Assembly (NCBI GenBank): GCA_034430495.1
Contig: DAOUEG010000048.1
Coordinates: 709 to 64,708 of the forward strand
Source: Dehalococcoidales bacterium
GTDB taxonomy: Bacteria; Chloroflexota; Dehalococcoidia; Dehalococcoidales; RBG-16-60-22
Direction: 5' to 3'
DNA length: 64,000 bases
Shown: one piece after another, positions 61,401 through 64,000 of the stretch
How positions within the stretch are numbered: the stretch's first letter is position 1
Layout of the letters: each line of letters starts with the position of its first letter
The notes under the pieces: model-generated
The model's input: only the letters and a program-made list of their open reading frames with translations
Told to the model about the DNA's origin: nothing
Databases searched by the model: none
Made by a program: the position numbers and the translations under genes

Positions 61401-62846
61401 ATGGTCGGGATTACAGCTCTGGGGACGTACCTCCCCATCTTCAGATTGAGCCGGGACGCGCTGGCCGCCATGTGGTCCGGGCGGGGCGGCGCCGGTACGA
61501 AAGCCGTGGCCGGCTACGACGAGGATACCCTCACCATGGCCGTGGCGGCGACGATAGAGTGTCTCAACCGGGCTGGCACCGGGGCGGACAGCCTCACCCT
61601 GGCGACCACGACGGCCCCCTACCGCGAGAAGCAGGCGGCGGCCATGGTAGCCGCGGCGGCCGACCTCGGCGAGGGGTGCCAGACGGCGGACGTCACCAAC
61701 TCCCTGCGGGCGGCCGGACAGGCGCTCAAAGCGGCCTGCGACGCCGTGACCGCCGGTTCCGCCAAGACGGCCCTCGTGGCGGCGAGCGACTGCCGGCCCG
61801 CCGCGGCCAAGGGAACGCTGGAAGCGGCCTTCGGGGACGGCGCGGCGGCGGTGATGGTGGGCTCCGAGAACGTCATCGCCGAGATAAACGGCTGGTACTC
61901 CGTCAACAACGATTTCACCGACTACTGGCGGCTGGCCGAGGAGGCCTACGTGCGCACCACCGAGGGGCGGTTCATTGACGAGAACGGCTACCTGCCGGCG
62001 GTACAGGCCGCGGTGACGGGCCTGCTGGAGCGGCAGAAACTCGCACCGGCGGATGTCACCACCTGCGTCTACTACGCCTCAGACGCCCGCCAGCACGCCT
62101 TGCTGGCCCGGCGAATGGAACTGGACAAGGGACAGGTGCAGGACTGTCTCTACAACGATATAGGCAACACCGGCACGCCGGCGGCGCTCCTCATGCTGGC
62201 GGCGGCGCTCGAAAAGGCCAAGCCCGGCGACCGCATCGTCGCGGCTTTCTACGGGGACGGCTGCGACGCCTTCCTGCTGACCGTCACGGACGCTATCAAG
62301 GGATTTCAGAAGAAACCGGCGGTCTCGGACAAACTGGCCGGCTCCCAGGCGATAGACTATGGGCGCTACGCCGTCTGGAAGGGGCTGGTGCCGCTCGAGG
62401 CGAGCACCCTGCCGGACCGTTCGCCGCTCTCCCTGCCGAACCGCTGGCGGGAGCGCCAGGTCATCACGGCGCTTTACGGCAAGAGGTGCACCAACTGCGG
62501 CACGCCGCAGCTCGCCCAGATTGGCCAGAACATCAGGGTCTGCGTGCAGTGTCAGGCGAGGGACCAATTCGAGCCGTACAAGTTCTCGGACAAGAAGGCG
62601 ACGCTCTTCACCTACGCCATTGACCAGCTCATGCCGACGCAGAACCCGCCCGGCGTCAACGGCGTCATTGACTTCGTCGGCGGGGGGCGGCTCGTCTGCG
62701 AGCTGACGGACTGCGACATTGACAGGCTCGCCGTCGGCATGACGGTGGAGATGACCTACCGCCGCATGTTCGTGAGCCGCGGCATCATCAACTACTTCTG
62801 GAAGGCCAAGCCGGCGACGGACGAACCGGAAGGGGGGAGGTCGTAA
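61401..62846 (+). CDS. Fusion of an HMG-CoA-synthase-like thiolase-fold domain (catalytic residues apparently substituted) with a DUF35 OB-fold/zinc-ribbon domain
   Basis: The N-terminal ~340 aa are colinear with archaeal HMGCS (GITALGTYLP..., GNTGTPAALL, FYGDGCDAF). The C-terminal region has a CTNCG...CVQCQ rubredoxin-like knuckle plus an OB segment, as in DUF35 proteins. Confidence 0.7.
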   Translation: MVGITALGTYLPIFRLSRDALAAMWSGRGGAGTKAVAGYDEDTLTMAVAATIECLNRAGTGADSLTLATTTAPYREKQAAAMVAAAADLGEGCQTADVTNSLRAAGQALKAACDAVTAGSAKTALVAASDCRPAAAKGTLEAAFGDGAAAVMVGSENVIAEINGWYSVNNDFTDYWRLAEEAYVRTTEGRFIDENGYLPAVQAAVTGLLERQKLAPADVTTCVYYASDARQHALLARRMELDKGQVQDCLYNDIGNTGTPAALLMLAAALEKAKPGDRIVAAFYGDGCDAFLLTVTDAIKGFQKKPAVSDKLAGSQAIDYGRYAVWKGLVPLEASTLPDRSPLSLPNRWRERQVITALYGKRCTNCGTPQLAQIGQNIRVCVQCQARDQFEPYKFSDKKATLFTYAIDQLMPTQNPPGVNGVIDFVGGGRLVCELTDCDIDRLAVGMTVEMTYRRMFVSRGIINYFWKAKPATDEPEGGRS

Positions 62847-62847
62847 T

Positions 62848-64000
62848 ATGGACGGTATCAAGAATAAAGTCGCCATCGTCGGGATGGGGTGCACCAAGTT
62901 CGGGGAGCGCTGGGACAAGGGCGTCGAAGACCTCATCGTCGAGGCGGCCTACGAGGCGTTCGAGGACGCCGGCGTCGAGCCGAAGGACCTCCAGGCGGCC
63001 TGGATAGGCACCGTGTTCTCCGGCCTCAGCGCCATCACCCTCTCGCCGCTCCAGCTGCCCTACATCCCGATGACGCGCGTCGAGAATATGTGCGCCACCG
63101 GCTCCGAGGCGCTGCGGGCGGCCACCTTCGCGGTGGCGTCCGGGGCGGTGGACGTGGCACTGGCGGTGGGCGTGGAGAAGCTCAAGGACTCCGGCACGAC
63201 GGGAGTCAAGGGCCCGGCGGTGGTCGGGGACAACGGCGACGGCTCCTCCGGCATCGGGCCGGGGTACAGCGCGCCGGCCTCCTTCGCTTACCTGGGGACG
63301 CGTTACTTCCACGACTACGGCATCCCGCCCGAAGAGGGCAAGCGGATGCTCGCCAAAATTGCCGTCAAGAACCATCACAACGGCAGTTTGAACCCCAAGG
63401 CGCACTTCCAGAACGAGCTGACCATCGAGCAGGTGGTCAACGCGCCCATCGTGGCCTGGCCGCTCGGCCTCTACGACTGCTGCGGCGTCTCCGACGGGGC
63501 CTCGGTGGCCGTCGTCACCCGGGCGGACATGGCCAGGAGCTTCCGCGACGACCCCATCTACATCAAGAGCATGCAGATATGCGCCGGGGCGCGACAGGGG
63601 GCCATGCGGCAGGACTACGACTTCGTCCACATGGACGAGAACGTCATCGGCTCCGGGCGCGCCTACGAGGAAGCGGGCGTCAAGGACCCGCGGAAAGAAA
63701 TTTCCATTGCCGAGGTGCACGACTGCTTCTCCGTCCACGAGATGATCGTCTACGAGGACCTGCGCTTCACCAAGCGGGGAGGGGCCCGGGAGGACATCAA
63801 CGCCGGGACGTTCGAGCTCGATGGCGAGATGCCCATCAATACGGATGGCGGGCTGAAATGCTTCGGGCACCCGCTCGGGGCGAGCGGTCTGCGCATGATG
63901 TACGAGGTCTACAAGCAGCTCCAGGGCAAGGCGGGGCCGCGGCAGGTCAAGAACCCGCGGCTCGGGCTGACCCACAACCTCGGCGGCAACGCCGGGACGG
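62848..64000 (+). CDS. Thiolase-domain protein (SCP-x / archaeal acetoacetyl-CoA thiolase-like); 3' end beyond the window
   Basis: Own translation: MDGIKNKVAIVGMGCTKFGERWDKGVEDLIVEAAYEAFEDAG...RVENMCATGSEALR (nucleophilic Cys). ATG 62848 lies 1 nt after the upstream stop. The ORF runs off the window, so it is absent from the track. Confidence 0.85.
   Translation, partial: MDGIKNKVAIVGMGCTKFGERWDKGVEDLIVEAAYEAFEDAGVEPKDLQAAWIGTVFSGLSAITLSPLQLPYIPMTRVENMCATGSEALRAATFAVASGAVDVALAVGVEKLKDSGTTGVKGPAVVGDNGDGSSGIGPGYSAPASFAYLGTRYFHDYGIPPEEGKRMLAKIAVKNHHNGSLNPKAHFQNELTIEQVVNAPIVAWPLGLYDCCGVSDGASVAVVTRADMARSFRDDPIYIKSMQICAGARQGAMRQDYDFVHMDENVIGSGRAYEEAGVKDPRKEISIAEVHDCFSVHEMIVYEDLRFTKRGGAREDINAGTFELDGEMPINTDGGLKCFGHPLGASGLRMMYEVYKQLQGKAGPRQVKNPRLGLTHNLGGNAGT

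Noticed and set aside
1-64000. CRISPR arrays, IS elements, transposases, integrases or prophage genes.
   Set aside because: No regularly spaced direct repeats, terminal inverted repeats with transposase ORFs, or recombinase motifs were seen anywhere in the window. The only insertion-like signatures are the two low-GC single-gene islets reported as findings.

Overview
64-kb, gene-dense chromosomal segment that is GC-rich by eye (~65%, not computed). About 75 CDS are supported, plus one tRNA, one 5S rRNA and several promoter or terminator candidates. Local synteny (remA-gmk; radA ... ispD-ispF ... cysS; ClpC-type Hsp100; SpeH/SpeE) and a heliorhodopsin suggest a monoderm-type, possibly Chloroflexota-like lineage, but that is inference only. 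Content in order: tatC/tatB/tatA; a PAC2-family gene; padR with a nested palindrome; a membrane module of a Na+-translocating biotin decarboxylase (biotin carrier, small TM subunit, beta subunit) with no carboxyltransferase; clpC with a C-terminal extension; a stand-alone 5S rRNA gene; remA-gmk; a PiT phosphate transporter with its DUF47 partner; rarA; an AmmeMemoRadiSam cluster with a fused Memo-AMMECR1 protein; a polyprenyl-phosphate-mannose synthase plus GT39 pair; speH-speE; two paralogous CxxC zinc-ribbon genes; a redox cluster (OYE/FadH-like, LDH/MDH-like, ferredoxin plus FAD oxidoreductase, Isf-like flavoprotein, GntR-PBP regulator); DEAD-box helicase and rpsU; iclR plus a peptide-type ABC importer with no binding-protein gene; tandem cupin paralogs; an Fpg/Nei homolog with an atypical N-terminus; an alkyltransferase-like (ATL) gene between tRNA-Ala and a degenerate tRNA-like copy; gatB, secG, cysS, ispF, ispD, radA; DUF438/DUF1858; a degV-heliorhodopsin unit; two MATE genes plus marR; and an SDR / catalytically dead HMGCS-like-DUF35 fusion / thiolase cluster. 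The strongest second-look candidates are: (1) a ~0.9-kb low-GC orphan ORF inserted exactly at the radA stop codon, between radA and ispD; (2) the heliorhodopsin-DegV bicistron with its own promoter; (3) the orphan 5S rRNA unit; (4) the tRNA-Ala / ATL / pseudo-tRNA islet; (5) the dead-HMGCS-DUF35-thiolase cluster. Many long antisense ORFs in the supplied track are GC-driven shadows and are not reported as genes. All family assignments come from reading motifs by eye. No database search was run.
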